Program-made: the position numbers and the translations under genes
The notes under the pieces: model-generated
Database searches by the model: none
Told to the model about the DNA's origin: nothing
Seen by the model: the letters and a program-made list of their open reading frames with translations, nothing else
Shown here: piece after piece, positions 12,681 through 23,984 of the stretch
How the letters are laid out: the number at the start of each line of letters is the position of its first letter
Numbering within the stretch: position 1 is the first letter of the stretch
NCBI GenBank assembly: GCA_963727895.1
Contig: CAVSHT010000009.1
Location: forward strand, 256,001 to 320,000
DNA length: 64,000 nt
Source: an uncultured Methanosarcinaceae archaeon
Lineage (GTDB): Archaea > Halobacteriota > Methanosarcinia > Methanosarcinales > Methanosarcinaceae
Direction of reading: 5' to 3'

Positions 12681-13787
12681 ATGAATCTGAAATTAATAGT
12701 TCCACTGTTAGCGTTATGCCTAATTTTATCTGCTGTGTCTGTACAAGCTCAGACTGACACAAATATGATCGGAAATATGAAGAACATGAATGTAATCGTG
12801 GCTGGAAACATAGATGAAACCATTACTTGTAATATTACCGGAAACGCATCTATGGTAGGTATGGGTATAGGCAGAAAAATCGAGAACATGCCTGGAGCCA
12901 TGGAAAAAAATAAAATGGGAATGATGACCGATAAAATGCAAAATATGACCAGTAAAATGGGGAATATGACTGAGAAAATGGGGACGATGACCGATAAAAT
13001 GGAGAATATGACCGGACCCATGACTTTCAATGTTTCCGGAAAAGTAATCATAGTCAAAGATATTGGAAATATGACTGAAAAATCACTTATGATCGGTAAA
13101 ATAGATAATATGCCCGGAAAAGTGGTTATTTTTGGAAAAATGGATAAAATGGGCGAAATGTCTGAAAGAATGAATAACATGTCCAGAATGACCGAAAAAA
13201 TAGGGAACATGACTATAGTCACTGCTGGAAACATGACTGGAACCATTACATGTAATATGACCAGAAATATGGAAAACGACAAAAACATTGACAACATGAC
13301 TGGCAGAATGAAATACATGACTGTGCCTATGGCTGGAGATATGTCGGGAACCATAACATGTGATCTTACTGAAAAAATGGTCATAATCAAAAACATGGGT
13401 AGTATTGATGAAGTAGCTGGAAAAATCTACAATATACCTGAAGTGACCGAAAAAATGGAGAACATGACCGGTAAAATGAATAACATAACCAGGCCCACGA
13501 CATGTAATATTACCGGACGCATGATTATATTCAAAAATATGGAAAATATGGGTTCGATGGCCGAAAGAATGGATAATAGGGGGTCAATAGCTGAAAAAAT
13601 GTATTATCTTCTTGGAATGAACGAAAATGAAGCCATAATAGAAGACATGAATAACACCAATAAAATGGATGAAAAAATAGACAATATAGATGAAATGGAT
13701 AGTGTAACTGGAAAGATAATACTAATCCGAAATATGGATGATGCGCCTCAAATAGTGACTAAAAATATTACCTGCAACGTTACTTGA
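12681..13787 (+). CDS. Secreted Met/Asn-rich repeat protein, function unknown
   Basis: Signal peptide ending VQA-Q; KMxNMT heptads and ITCNxT motifs. Confidence 0.8.
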   Translation: MNLKLIVPLLALCLILSAVSVQAQTDTNMIGNMKNMNVIVAGNIDETITCNITGNASMVGMGIGRKIENMPGAMEKNKMGMMTDKMQNMTSKMGNMTEKMGTMTDKMENMTGPMTFNVSGKVIIVKDIGNMTEKSLMIGKIDNMPGKVVIFGKMDKMGEMSERMNNMSRMTEKIGNMTIVTAGNMTGTITCNMTRNMENDKNIDNMTGRMKYMTVPMAGDMSGTITCDLTEKMVIIKNMGSIDEVAGKIYNIPEVTEKMENMTGKMNNITRPTTCNITGRMIIFKNMENMGSMAERMDNRGSIAEKMYYLLGMNENEAIIEDMNNTNKMDEKIDNIDEMDSVTGKIILIRNMDDAPQIVTKNITCNVT

Positions 13788-14132
13788 AATAAGGCCATCG
13801 TTAGAAAAATAACTAACACTTGATAGTCAATTATTGACGGTAAAATGTCTTAGATTAAGCATTAAATAATGAATTACCATTATTTAATGCATCTTTACTA
13901 TTTCAATTAGAAATTATTCAGTTTAAAACTGAACCTGCGAATACATATTGTAATACGTAATTGTGATTCTTTCCTGTTTTTTTCAGTTATTTATAGACTC
14001 TTAAAGCTCTGTATTTGTATGCTTACTGGTTTACTAGTGTATATTCTTTCTGTGACTGAAAATACTTTTATGCCACAAGACAGAAAACTGAAAGATGAAT
14101 AATTGGAGTATTAAGTTGGGGGGTTGCAGAAT

Positions 14133-14522
14133 ATGGGAAGAAATGTACAAATCGAAGAGAAAAGCTCCATAACACCTAGAGACAGGAATATATCTTTTCA
14201 GGGAAAGATGGAATTTGTAGTTCCATATGTAGAGGAAAATATTAGCAGGTGTAGATGTTCGCAGTGTCCTGTTCAGGCTAATAGTCTATGTGCGCAAAAC
14301 AAAATTAAAAGTGTAAAACAGGCATTGGAAAATGCGCCCGAAGGTGAGGTTCCAGATCCAGAAAATGTTCCAGGGGTTTATTGTTCGGAAGGCACGGCTG
14401 CCTGTAAGGATCTTGATTTTGACAGAAAATGTATATGTGGCTCATGTGATGTATGGAAAGAATATAATCTCAAAGATGCAAAACCAAACAATCACTTCTG
14501 CCAGCAAGGCAGAGCAACCTGA
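14133..14522 (+). CDS. DUF2769-type Cys-rich small protein
   Basis: CRCSQCPVQ..C, YCSEG..C, CICGSCDVW, FCQQG. Confidence 0.75.
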   Translation: MGRNVQIEEKSSITPRDRNISFQGKMEFVVPYVEENISRCRCSQCPVQANSLCAQNKIKSVKQALENAPEGEVPDPENVPGVYCSEGTAACKDLDFDRKCICGSCDVWKEYNLKDAKPNNHFCQQGRAT

Positions 14523-14860
14523 GATTTCACATAAAAAGTATAATGTAGTATAATAATATAGAGAAATATAGAGAATAAAATCTTCTTTTAATAACTGTTT
14601 TTTACTTTTTTATAAATTTCTAAACTCCTTTAAGATCTTTTTACGTTTTTGAGTTAAGATTTATTGTTTTTCATAGAAGTATAAGACTTAGATCTTCCAC
14701 CGAAAACACTATATCTTTTCAAAATATTGGTATTTGACAGTATTAAATAATTAGAGTTGTCATGCGTAGCCCTAATACTCCATGCTCGGGTTTTTCTTAG
14801 ACTCTATAAGGTTTCAGAAGGTTAGATAGCCTTATTTCAACTCATTAAGGAGCAAAATAA

Positions 14861-16876
14861 ATGGTATCCTCTTTACTAGCAAACGTTGATGTACTTCTTG
14901 GTTTTGCTATTTTAATTCTTACTATTTTCTACAGATTTCAAGTTCCTCCTGTGCTGGGTTTTCTTGTAACCGGAATGTTAATCGGTCCCTATGGGCTTGG
15001 AATTTTCAATGGTGGACAAAATGAACTGAATGCCGACCTCGGTATAATCTTTTTGCTCTTTACAATTGGAGTTGATCTCTCTTTAAAAGAGCTCTGGAAA
15101 ATGAAAAAAGCTTTATTTATGGGAGGGACTCTCCAAATTCTCTTAACTACATTCCTGACCCTCCTTGTTTGTTCAGCTGTAGGCTTCAGTTCCACTACAT
15201 CTGTCTTTTTAGGTTTCTTGATTTCGCTTAGCAGTACTGCAATAGTACTCAAAGTCCTTCAGGATAGAAACGAAGTTTATACAGCACATGGAAAAACCTC
15301 ACTTGCAATTCTGATATTTCAGGATCTTGCTATCGTTCCCCTAATTCTTCTTACCCCATTACTGGCTGGAGATTCTCTAAACTTTGAAGGTTCATTTTCA
15401 ACTGTTTTTATCAAAGGCTCACTAGTCATTCTAGTTTTTATTCTGAGCGCCAAATTCCTGATCCCCTGGATATTCTACCATGTGGGCAGGACAGGAAATA
15501 AAGAATTATTCCTCGTCAGTGTTGTTTTCATTTGCCTTTCTACCGCTCTCTTTACCTCAAGTATCGGACTATCTCTTGCTCTTGGAGCCTTTTTAGCTGG
15601 CATTGTTATATCTGGTTCCCAGTACAGTCAACAGGCAATGGGCAATATCGTGCCTTTAAGAGATATGTTCATGAGTTTCTTTTTTGTGTCCGTAGGCACA
15701 CTCCTGAACATAAGGTATTTGCTTGACAATCTCCCTACTCTGATTCTTGCTTCGGTTGCTTTAATTATAATAAAATCAATAGCAGGAGTAACTGTAACTT
15801 TTATTTTAGGTTATCCACTACGTACAACTATATTAACAGGACTTGCATTGTCTCAGGTAGGAGAATTCTCTTTTGTCCTTTCCAGATTGGGAGTAGAGTA
15901 TTCTCTCCTGACAGAAAATATTTATCAGGCTTTTCTTGCAGTTTCTATTGTTACTATGGGAGTTACGCCTTTTTTGATTAATGCTTCCTACAAACCTGCC
16001 GATGTCATTATTAAAAAAGTTTCAGGTACGACTTATGGTCTGAAACTGGTACATGGCTTATATTCAGAACCCATCAAAGAAGAAGAACAAGCTGAACCCG
16101 AAATGAAAGATTATTTAATAATAGTGGGATTCGGCTTTTCCGGAAGAACAGTCTCTAAGGCTGCAAAAACGGCAGGTATTTCTTATATAATTGTGGAAGC
16201 AAATCCGGAAATTGTTAAGCAGGAAAAGCAGAAAGGGGAAAAAATTCACTATGGAGATGCAACTTTTAAGGTTGTACTGGAACATGCAGGCGTAAAAAAT
16301 GCAAGAGTTCTTATTATCGGGATATCGGATGCATCCGCCACAGGTAAAATTGTGGAAATTGCAAAACAACTGAATCCGAATATATGCGTTATTGCAAAAG
16401 TAAGGGATTTACAGGAAATGAAACGTCTTAACGCCCTTGGTGCAGATGAAGTGGTCCCTGAAGAATATGAAACTTCCGTAGAAATCTTTGTCCGCTTGCT
16501 TGAAGAATATCTGGTTCCAAGAGAAGACATTGAAAAGCTCGTAAACGATGTTAGAGCTAATGGTTACAGAATGCTTAGAAAGTTATCCGTTAATACAAGC
16601 ATTGATAGCGAGTTTAGTATAAAGGATGGGCTTCCAGGTGTAGATATTCAGGTTTTTAAAGTAGGAAATGGTTCCAGTTTTGATGGAAAAAACTTAAAAA
16701 ACCTGGATTTTAGGAAAAAACATGGAGTTACAGTACTTTCTATTCGTAGAGGTCCAGATCTGATCTACACTCCAGAAGGCGATTTTCTTCTTCAGGCAAA
16801 AGATGCCTGTGTCCTTCTAGGAAAACCCGAGGATCTTTATAGTATTAGAAGTTTCTTTGAAGGTGTTCATGGATAA
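14861..16876 (+). CDS. Kef-type CPA2 K+/H+ antiporter with TrkA-N and TrkA-C domains
   Basis: Multi-TM N-half with LSSTAIV, FQDL, SQVGEF; GFGFSG Rossmann; C-terminal RCK_C. Confidence 0.9.
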   Translation: MVSSLLANVDVLLGFAILILTIFYRFQVPPVLGFLVTGMLIGPYGLGIFNGGQNELNADLGIIFLLFTIGVDLSLKELWKMKKALFMGGTLQILLTTFLTLLVCSAVGFSSTTSVFLGFLISLSSTAIVLKVLQDRNEVYTAHGKTSLAILIFQDLAIVPLILLTPLLAGDSLNFEGSFSTVFIKGSLVILVFILSAKFLIPWIFYHVGRTGNKELFLVSVVFICLSTALFTSSIGLSLALGAFLAGIVISGSQYSQQAMGNIVPLRDMFMSFFFVSVGTLLNIRYLLDNLPTLILASVALIIIKSIAGVTVTFILGYPLRTTILTGLALSQVGEFSFVLSRLGVEYSLLTENIYQAFLAVSIVTMGVTPFLINASYKPADVIIKKVSGTTYGLKLVHGLYSEPIKEEEQAEPEMKDYLIIVGFGFSGRTVSKAAKTAGISYIIVEANPEIVKQEKQKGEKIHYGDATFKVVLEHAGVKNARVLIIGISDASATGKIVEIAKQLNPNICVIAKVRDLQEMKRLNALGADEVVPEEYETSVEIFVRLLEEYLVPREDIEKLVNDVRANGYRMLRKLSVNTSIDSEFSIKDGLPGVDIQVFKVGNGSSFDGKNLKNLDFRKKHGVTVLSIRRGPDLIYTPEGDFLLQAKDACVLLGKPEDLYSIRSFFEGVHG

Positions 16877-17004
16877 ATATGAATTTCTCTACAATTTTTT
16901 AATATGAAGTTTTATTACTTTTACATAATATTTAAATTGTTTAAATAATCCCTATATTCCTTTATTCACAATACAAATATATTCTATGAATCCAGCTTTT
17001 TTTA

Positions 17005-17738
17005 ATGCGCCATATCACTCTTGCTTCTGCATCTCCAAGGCGAAAAGAATTGCTTAAACAGCTTATAGGAGATAATTTCCTTGTCCATGTAAGTTATGAT
17101 AAAGAATCACCTATTCCTGATTTGCGTCCTGAGGAACTTCTATTAAAACACTCTATCAAAAAAGCCAGAGATGTAGCTAAATATTTCAATTCCGGGCTTG
17201 TAATTTCTGCAGCTACTTCCGTGCTTTTTAATGGGAAACTTCTAGGAAAACCTCAATATCCCGAAAAAGCAGAAGAAATGCTGAAAATGCTAAGCGGACA
17301 GAAATTCAGCGTTATAACAGGACTAACAGTTCTTGACCTTGACAACGGAATAGAAATCAGTGAACTGGAATTCACGACTGTCTGGATGGATGAAATAAAT
17401 ACAGAAAAATTTCAGCTTGTGTAAAGACAGGAGAACCCCTTAATAAAGCAGGAGCTTTTGCGATTAAAGGACAAGAAGCAGCCTTTGTAAAAAGAATTGA
17501 AGGAAATTTTTATAACATAGTGGGCCTTCCCCTTTTCCGATTAGGAAAAATCCTGCAAAAAACTGAAGTATCTATATTTGGGAAGATTTATCCTGAATTA
17601 AGATTCTTAAACCGCAACCATTGCACCGATTTATACGCCACTGCTAAGGTTTTCGATAAAACCTTTTCTCAAAAGGTTTTCACTCAAGCCTTTTCAAAAA
17701 AGGCTTGCGAAAGAAATAAAGCACTTCTGACCAATTAG
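17005..17738 (+). pseudogene. maf: Maf-family NTP pyrophosphatase, frameshifted
   Basis: LASASPRR; frameshift ~17405-17410, then [10 protein letters not shown]...NIVGLP; catalytic ADT changed to AAT. Confidence 0.8.
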
Positions 17739-17859
17739 ATAACAATTGATGCTAACATAAATGAGTTAAAATAATAGTGGAATTAAAAGTTAAGAAACTA
17801 AAAATCATTCTTGTTTCTAATACGTATTTTTGGTAATTAAATATTCAGAGGCGTTCAGG

Positions 17860-19281
17860 ATGCTTAAGGTTTACAATACCCTTACAAGAAAGAAAGATGC
17901 TTTCAAGCCCTTAAAGGAAGGCGAAGTTTCTATTTATGCCTGTGGGCCTACAGTTTACAGTATGCCACATATAGGCAACTATCGTACTTTTCTAATGGCA
18001 GATAACATTGTGAGAACTCTTGAATACCTCGGCTATAAAGTAAAGCTTGTAATGAATATTACTGATATAGATGACAAAACTATCAGGGATTCAAAAGCAC
18101 TTGGAATGTCGCTTAAGAACTTTACCGATAAATACACTGCTGAATTCTTAAAAGGCCTTGATATGCTGAATATAAAAAGAGCTTCAGCTTACCCAAGGGC
18201 GACGGAAAATGTTGGCGGCATGATTAAACTTACACAGATATTAATGAATAAAGGATTAGCTTACGAAAAAAACGGTTCTCTATATTATAAAATTTCAGGT
18301 TTTCCGGATTATGGCAAACTTTCAAAGCTTGACTTTGATAACATTATAATTGGTGCATCTGTCGATGTAGATGAATATGATAAGGATAACCCACGTGACT
18401 TTGCTCTCCTGAAAGCTTCAACTCCTGAAGAAATTGAAAGAGGAATATATTATGAAAGCCCATGGGGAAAAATCCGTCCGGGCTGGCATATTGAATGTTC
18501 AGTGATGGCTATGGATAGTTTTGGACCAACTCTGGATATGCATTTAGGAGGAGTGGACCTTATTTTCCCTCACCATGAAAATGAAATTGCTCAATCAGAA
18601 GGAGCAACTGGAAAACCATTTGCATGCAACTGGATCCATGGGGAACATTTGATAGTAGAAGGAGAGAAGATGAGTAAATCCAAAGGAAATGTCTTCACAC
18701 TGCCTGAGATTGTCGGAAAATACGGTGGAGAAGTTGTTCGTTTTATGTTTCTCTCAGTTCACTATCGTAAAAAACTGGACTATTCAGATGCCTTTGCAGA
18801 AAATGCTAAAAATAATTATTTAAAGCTTAAAGAAACGCTTGAAAATTTTGAATTTGCTCTGGCAAGCGCAGAAGATACAGATTATCCCGAAGATAAGGAA
18901 ATTATTGAAATCCTTCCAGAACTTGAAATGCAGTTCAGAGAAGCTCTTGAAGATGACTTCAATACCCCAAAAGCTATAACGATTTTCAAGGATCTTTCCC
19001 GTACATCTAATAAATATCTTGAATCTGGAAAAAATAGATTGGTTCTTAAAAAACTCCATTCTCTCTACAGACAGTTTTCTGATGTTCTGGACCTTTTTGC
19101 AGAATCAAGTAAAAAGAGAATTCCAGAAGAAGTAATGAACTTAGTAGAAGAACGTGAAGTTGCTAGAAAAAAGAAAGATTGGATAACTTCAGATGTTATC
19201 AGAGCAAAAATAATATCAATGGGCTATATTGTGCAAGATACGAAAGAAGGACCAAATGTAAAAGAAAACGAAGAAAGTTAA
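17860..19281 (+). CDS. cysS: Cysteine--tRNA ligase
   Basis: [23 protein letters not shown]. Confidence 0.96.
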   Translation: MLKVYNTLTRKKDAFKPLKEGEVSIYACGPTVYSMPHIGNYRTFLMADNIVRTLEYLGYKVKLVMNITDIDDKTIRDSKALGMSLKNFTDKYTAEFLKGLDMLNIKRASAYPRATENVGGMIKLTQILMNKGLAYEKNGSLYYKISGFPDYGKLSKLDFDNIIIGASVDVDEYDKDNPRDFALLKASTPEEIERGIYYESPWGKIRPGWHIECSVMAMDSFGPTLDMHLGGVDLIFPHHENEIAQSEGATGKPFACNWIHGEHLIVEGEKMSKSKGNVFTLPEIVGKYGGEVVRFMFLSVHYRKKLDYSDAFAENAKNNYLKLKETLENFEFALASAEDTDYPEDKEIIEILPELEMQFREALEDDFNTPKAITIFKDLSRTSNKYLESGKNRLVLKKLHSLYRQFSDVLDLFAESSKKRIPEEVMNLVEEREVARKKKDWITSDVIRAKIISMGYIVQDTKEGPNVKENEES

Positions 19282-19574
19282 TAAGATGCTGAGGGTATAA
19301 ATTTTTATTCAAACTGAAATTTTTATAAAAACTGAATGAGATAATCTCATTTTACATATTTAATTTCGGCTTCTTGAAGCTGGTTGAGATAGGTTTTTTA
19401 CAAAACCGTAATTTTCCTTTTTTCCGCTTCCTTAAAAAGCGTTCAGACATTTTTAATTTATTACAGATCCATATTTTAAGTTCAAATGAATTTGAAGCTT
19501 ACAAAAGTCTTATACCTCTCCAAAGATAAAATTATGTAAAATCATTACAGAGCCCCATCTAAAGAAAATTAATA

Positions 19575-20510
19575 ATGGCTGGTGGTATGAAATCCAAATT
19601 TCTTGTTGTTCTGTTGATTCTTTCGCTTTTTGCAAACGCTTATTTTGTCATGCTTGAAGAACAGCCTTCCTTTGAAGGAAAAAAAGTTCAAGAGATGCAG
19701 TCTCGGATAAATTCTCTTGAAACAGAAAATGAAAACCTTAAGTCAGAGATAAATCAGAGTAATGAGTCGCTTCAGTCTTATGCTTCTCAATTAGATTCTT
19801 ATCGCAAAAGAATTTTTGAGCTTGAGAATAGCTCTCAAACGAGCCTTGCAGGAGTTGAAGGATTTGCCACTCTTCAAGGACCTGCAGTTTTTCAGACTGT
19901 TGAGAACGAGCAGAGAGGCCCTTTTATCCAGCAATCCGTCTCTGAAAAAGGTGCTCTACTTAACATATCAGTTGAGATTAGACCAGGAAAAGGCCGTGTA
20001 CTCGTTCAGACAACTCCTCTTATGGGCGTAGTATTCCAGGACGCCGCAAACACTGCAGTTTTCGTTGCCGAAAACAAAACCGGGAAACAGCTGTCAAGTA
20101 GCGATATTATCTTCAGTATTAATGCTTCGAATAAAACCCCGAATATTGATGGTCCTAGTGCAGGAGCTCTAATGACGCTGCTTACAATTTCAGCTATTGA
20201 TAACAGTACCAGGTTAAATGACAGCATAACTCTCACAGGTACAATCGACAATGAAGGTAATATTGGACCGATAGGTGGAGTTGTAGAAAAAGCGAAGGCA
20301 GCAAAAGCAGGAGGTAAAACTCTATTTCTAATTCCAGAGGAAAATAGCCAGCTTGTTACATACAAGTATGCAGAAAAGAAGCTTGGCGGTTTTACTGTTG
20401 TTGAGAGAGAGCCGGAAACAATAGATGCTAAAGAATATATCGAAAAGAATGTAGGAATAAAGATTGAATACGTGGATACGATTGACGATGTATTGAATTA
20501 TGAGAAGTAA
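19575..20510 (+). CDS. Membrane-anchored Lon-like S16 protease lacking ATPase
   Basis: N-terminal TM + coiled coil; DGPSAG Ser and IGGVVEK Lys dyad. Confidence 0.85.
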   Translation: MAGGMKSKFLVVLLILSLFANAYFVMLEEQPSFEGKKVQEMQSRINSLETENENLKSEINQSNESLQSYASQLDSYRKRIFELENSSQTSLAGVEGFATLQGPAVFQTVENEQRGPFIQQSVSEKGALLNISVEIRPGKGRVLVQTTPLMGVVFQDAANTAVFVAENKTGKQLSSSDIIFSINASNKTPNIDGPSAGALMTLLTISAIDNSTRLNDSITLTGTIDNEGNIGPIGGVVEKAKAAKAGGKTLFLIPEENSQLVTYKYAEKKLGGFTVVEREPETIDAKEYIEKNVGIKIEYVDTIDDVLNYEK

Positions 20511-20670
20511 AACCTGGATATTGATTATTACTTTAATCACAATGTTTTTGGGGATTTCTTTTTCACCATAAATGGATCACCCAGTAAAAGTTGGTTTCTC
20601 ACTTTTTGAAATAATGATTATAGCTTTGAGAATTAGGTATAACTACAAAAGAGTTCTATGTATAATTTTT

Positions 20671-20799
20671 AGCTCTGTAAAAAACCTATCAAATCAACTA
20701 TCAGTAGGTTAAAACCGGCAAATCTATCCAATAAGTAATTCTTTTTGAATTCTTTTTAATCTTGATTTTTGCCTGAATATTGAGGATTTTTACAGAGCC
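20671..20799. mobile_element. MITE-like element, family B (~129 bp)
   Basis: 12-bp perfect terminal IR GCTCTGTAAAAA/TTTTTACAGAGC; non-coding interior. Confidence 0.6.
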
Positions 20800-21080
20800 G
20801 AATTTTTATTTATTGTTAGTTTTCTCGGAGATTTTGACTTTTGTTCATCATACATATGACATGATTATTCTGATATTTTTGCAAAGGAACTTAACTACCA
20901 ATGTATCCAAATAGTATTTACTTATTTATAGAATTTAAAACTCATTTTTGAGATAATATGAAAAACTGCAAAAAATATATAGAGATCATATACAATTGTA
21001 TATATTTAATAGTAAATTTATATAGTATAGAATGTATATAATAAATTAATTTTTTGCGTATGATTCTGCCTAATAACTTT

Positions 21081-21197
21081 AGGACTTACGCAGTTGAACT
21101 AAAAAATTAACAGTATCAGGTCGTTAACGATCTAAAAAGTGACTTTAATTTATAGTGTTTAATGCAATTGATTTTGCTTCTCAAGTGCATAAGGTCT
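21081..21197. mobile_element. Degenerate MITE-like element, family C
   Basis: AGGACTTACGCAGTTGA vs reverse complement of right end, 13/17 match; similar left end at ~8717. Confidence 0.45.
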
Positions 21198-21259
21198 AAA
21201 CTTATTGATTTTATGATTTCCCTAAAAACATAGTTATATTTAAACAGACTAAAGGGGGG

Positions 21260-22292
21260 AAATAATACTGATAAGTGACAAAAGTATAAAAAGATGTGCT
21301 TGATGTGTATTACCCGAAACAACACCAAACATTATTTTTGATGAAGATGGTGTATGTAATTTTTGCCACTTTCATAAAAAAGCCCAATATGAAGATGAAT
21401 CAAAATTAAAGGAGTTACTATACTCATATCGTAAAAAAGACAACAAGTATGATTGTATTGCAGGGATAAGCGGTGGAAGAGATAGTAGTTACACACTTAT
21501 TAAACTTGTAAAAGATTATGATTTCAAAGTTTTGGCAGTAAATTATCAAAGTCCTTTTACTGATCCACAAGCTAACACAAACATTGACAACGCTGTCGAA
21601 GCATTAAATGTTGATATTGTAAGTTTTAAACTGAAGAACAATATGCATGAGAAAATATTTAAATATAATTTTAATTCGTTTCTTTGCAACCCATCTCCTG
21701 CAACTATACCTATGATATGTATTTCTTGTAAAACTATTTTATATTATACAATAAAATACGCAAAAAAATATAATGTAAAATGTATCGTACAAGGAGGAAA
21801 TCCTTATGAGGATACTTCTTTCAAACAAGAATTGTTAAACTTTTCTGGGGATGGAAGCTGTCAGGATAACTTCAAAAAATGTTTAGGAAGGGTTTATGAA
21901 CTAAATGTTAAAAAACCCGCGTTACTGCCATCCAAAGTGTATACCCACAATGATAAAAGGATATTTATATGGAGATCCTTATGCTTTTGGACCTCGTATA
22001 TTTTCATCGGATATTAGATTTATAGATTTATTCCATTATATTCCATGGCGAGAAGAGGAAATTTTGTCGAGAATTAAGAAAGAATTGAAATGGGAAAGTC
22101 CGCGTAAATATAGCTCAACTTGGGGATCTGATTGTAAAATAGGTCATTTAAAAGATTTATTGTATATGAAGACACTTAACATGACCGAAAAGGATGATTT
22201 TTATTCTAAAATGGTAAGAGACAGCCTTATCACTCGGGATAAAGCACTTACAAGGTTAAATGATGAAAATAAACTATATATAAATGAAATAC
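21260..22292 (+). pseudogene. N-acetyl-sugar amidotransferase (WbuX/PseA-like PP-loop), disrupted and IS1-truncated
   Basis: KRCA*CVLPET...GVCNFC, CIAGISGGRDS; TGA at 21301, frameshift ~21900, cut by IS1 at 22293. Confidence 0.8.
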
Positions 22293-22566
22293 GGCATTGG
22301 TAAACAAAAATAGTTATATACTATTAGAAAGTATATTTCTTCATGAACTGCCCAAAATGTAATAGTTCTAATCACAAAAATAATGGTATAGTTGGCGGGC
22401 GTCAACGCTACAAATGCCATGATTGTGGATATAACTATACAGTAGAGCTAAAATCAACTGCTTTTTCCGCTTCTGTAAAAAGACAGGCTTTACAACTCTA
22501 TCTTGAAGGATTGGGCTTTCGCTCAATAGGACGATTTTAGCATGAAAGTACATGAGGAGATTATCC

Positions 22567-23831
22567 TCACGTGCTCTCTTGATCCTTTTTCCCCATAATC
22601 GCAAATATTTCACTAATTATTTTAATCCGTTCATCAACCGAAAAAATCTCAGTCTCAATAATCTTTCTCTTTTGGATTTCTCCCTTTTGATATCCGGTTT
22701 CATCTTCGTCCATCTCATCGTTTGTAATAAGATGCCATAGTATCGTTGCAATTTTCCTTGCTAAGGCAATAATTGCTTTTGCATGTCCAATCGACTTCTT
22801 TTTTCTGTTAAAAAACTCTTTTAACCTGCTATTCTTCTTTCTTGCTGCTGCTTGAGCAATCTGTGTCAGAATCCACCTTGCTACTTTTGATCCCCTCTTT
22901 GTGATTCTGCCGTTATAGTATTTATCTGCAGATTGATACACATTAGGAACTAGACCAAGCCAAGAAGCAAGCTTATTTCCAGAAGAAAAATCCTTAAAGT
23001 TGCCTATTTCAGCAAGTAAAATTGCCGCACCAAGTTCCCCTATACTTGGAACTGACATTAAAATCTCCATTTCTCGCTTATGATTTCGAGAAGCATAATT
23101 GAAAATTTCTGTTTCTAAAGCTTCGAGTTCATCATCAAGACTTTTTATGAGTTTCAGACAGATCTGAAGTCTGAATGCAGCACTTTGAGAAATTTCTCGA
23201 TCAAGAATTTCTCTTATCTGAGCAGCTTTTTTCCGAACATTTGGAGAGAGGCTTGCAATAATCTGATCAACACTCTTACCTGAAGAGATTCCTAATAAGA
23301 TCATTCTGCCATTCTTGCCAAAAACGTCTGTCAGCACATTATTCAGGTGTAGCATTTCAGATGCAAGAATTGAATTTCAGATGCAAGAATTGAGTGAGCT
23401 TTATTTTTTAAATCTGTTCTTTTTTGTACAAGTGTTAACCGAAGTCGAACATATGATCTAAAATCTATATGATCCTTTGGAAAAACTCTTGATGGCTGAA
23501 TCATATTATTAAGTGCAAGTTGTGCAATGACTTCTGAGTCAATCTTATATGTTTTTGTATGGGTAAATACCTTCATATCTCGCGCATTTCCAACTATCAC
23601 AGTTAGATGCTTTACCAATGAATCATGAATCGGAACCCGAAAGTAGCTGGTTGATTCATATGCAACAACATCACATTTTTCTGATATTACCCAATTTTTA
23701 AGGGCTAAAATTCCTTCATCATCTCTGTTGAAACGTTGCTGTTGTTTTTCACCAGATCTACTGAAAATTGTAGCAATGAAAAAGAGTTTGTGAATGTCTA
23801 AACCACAAGCTTTGTTTATGACTTAAATCAA
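22567..23831 (-). pseudogene. IS110 DEDD recombinase/transposase
   Basis: ACGLDIHK, VAYESTS, KT(Y)KIDS, GLVPNVYQSA, ALARK; TAA at codon 3 and 20-bp duplication (23354-23393) causing a frameshift. Confidence 0.9.
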
Positions 23832-23850
23832 ATTAGATCACCAAATTTAT

Positions 23851-23984
23851 TTGGGCAGTGGAATTGCCTAAAAGGCCAATTTAGCATCCGTGATCAAAGT
23901 CACACTTGAGCCTTCGATGGCAATTCACTGATTAGTTTTAGAACGGTTTTGAATAACCAAAATCAAGACAACCTTACTGCCCAA
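23851..23984 (-). ncRNA. Candidate IS110 bridge RNA core
   Basis: 9-bp and 8-bp closing stems; two loops with segments matching the target and donor junctions. Confidence 0.6.

Noticed and set aside
12749..13396. 215-aa hydrophobic minus-strand ORF
   Set aside because: Antisense shadow of the repetitive Met-rich gene
21301..21303. Selenocysteine at the TGA in CA*C
   Set aside because: The TGA occupies an x position of CxxC (likely Arg), the gene has other lesions, and Methanosarcina are not known to use Sec
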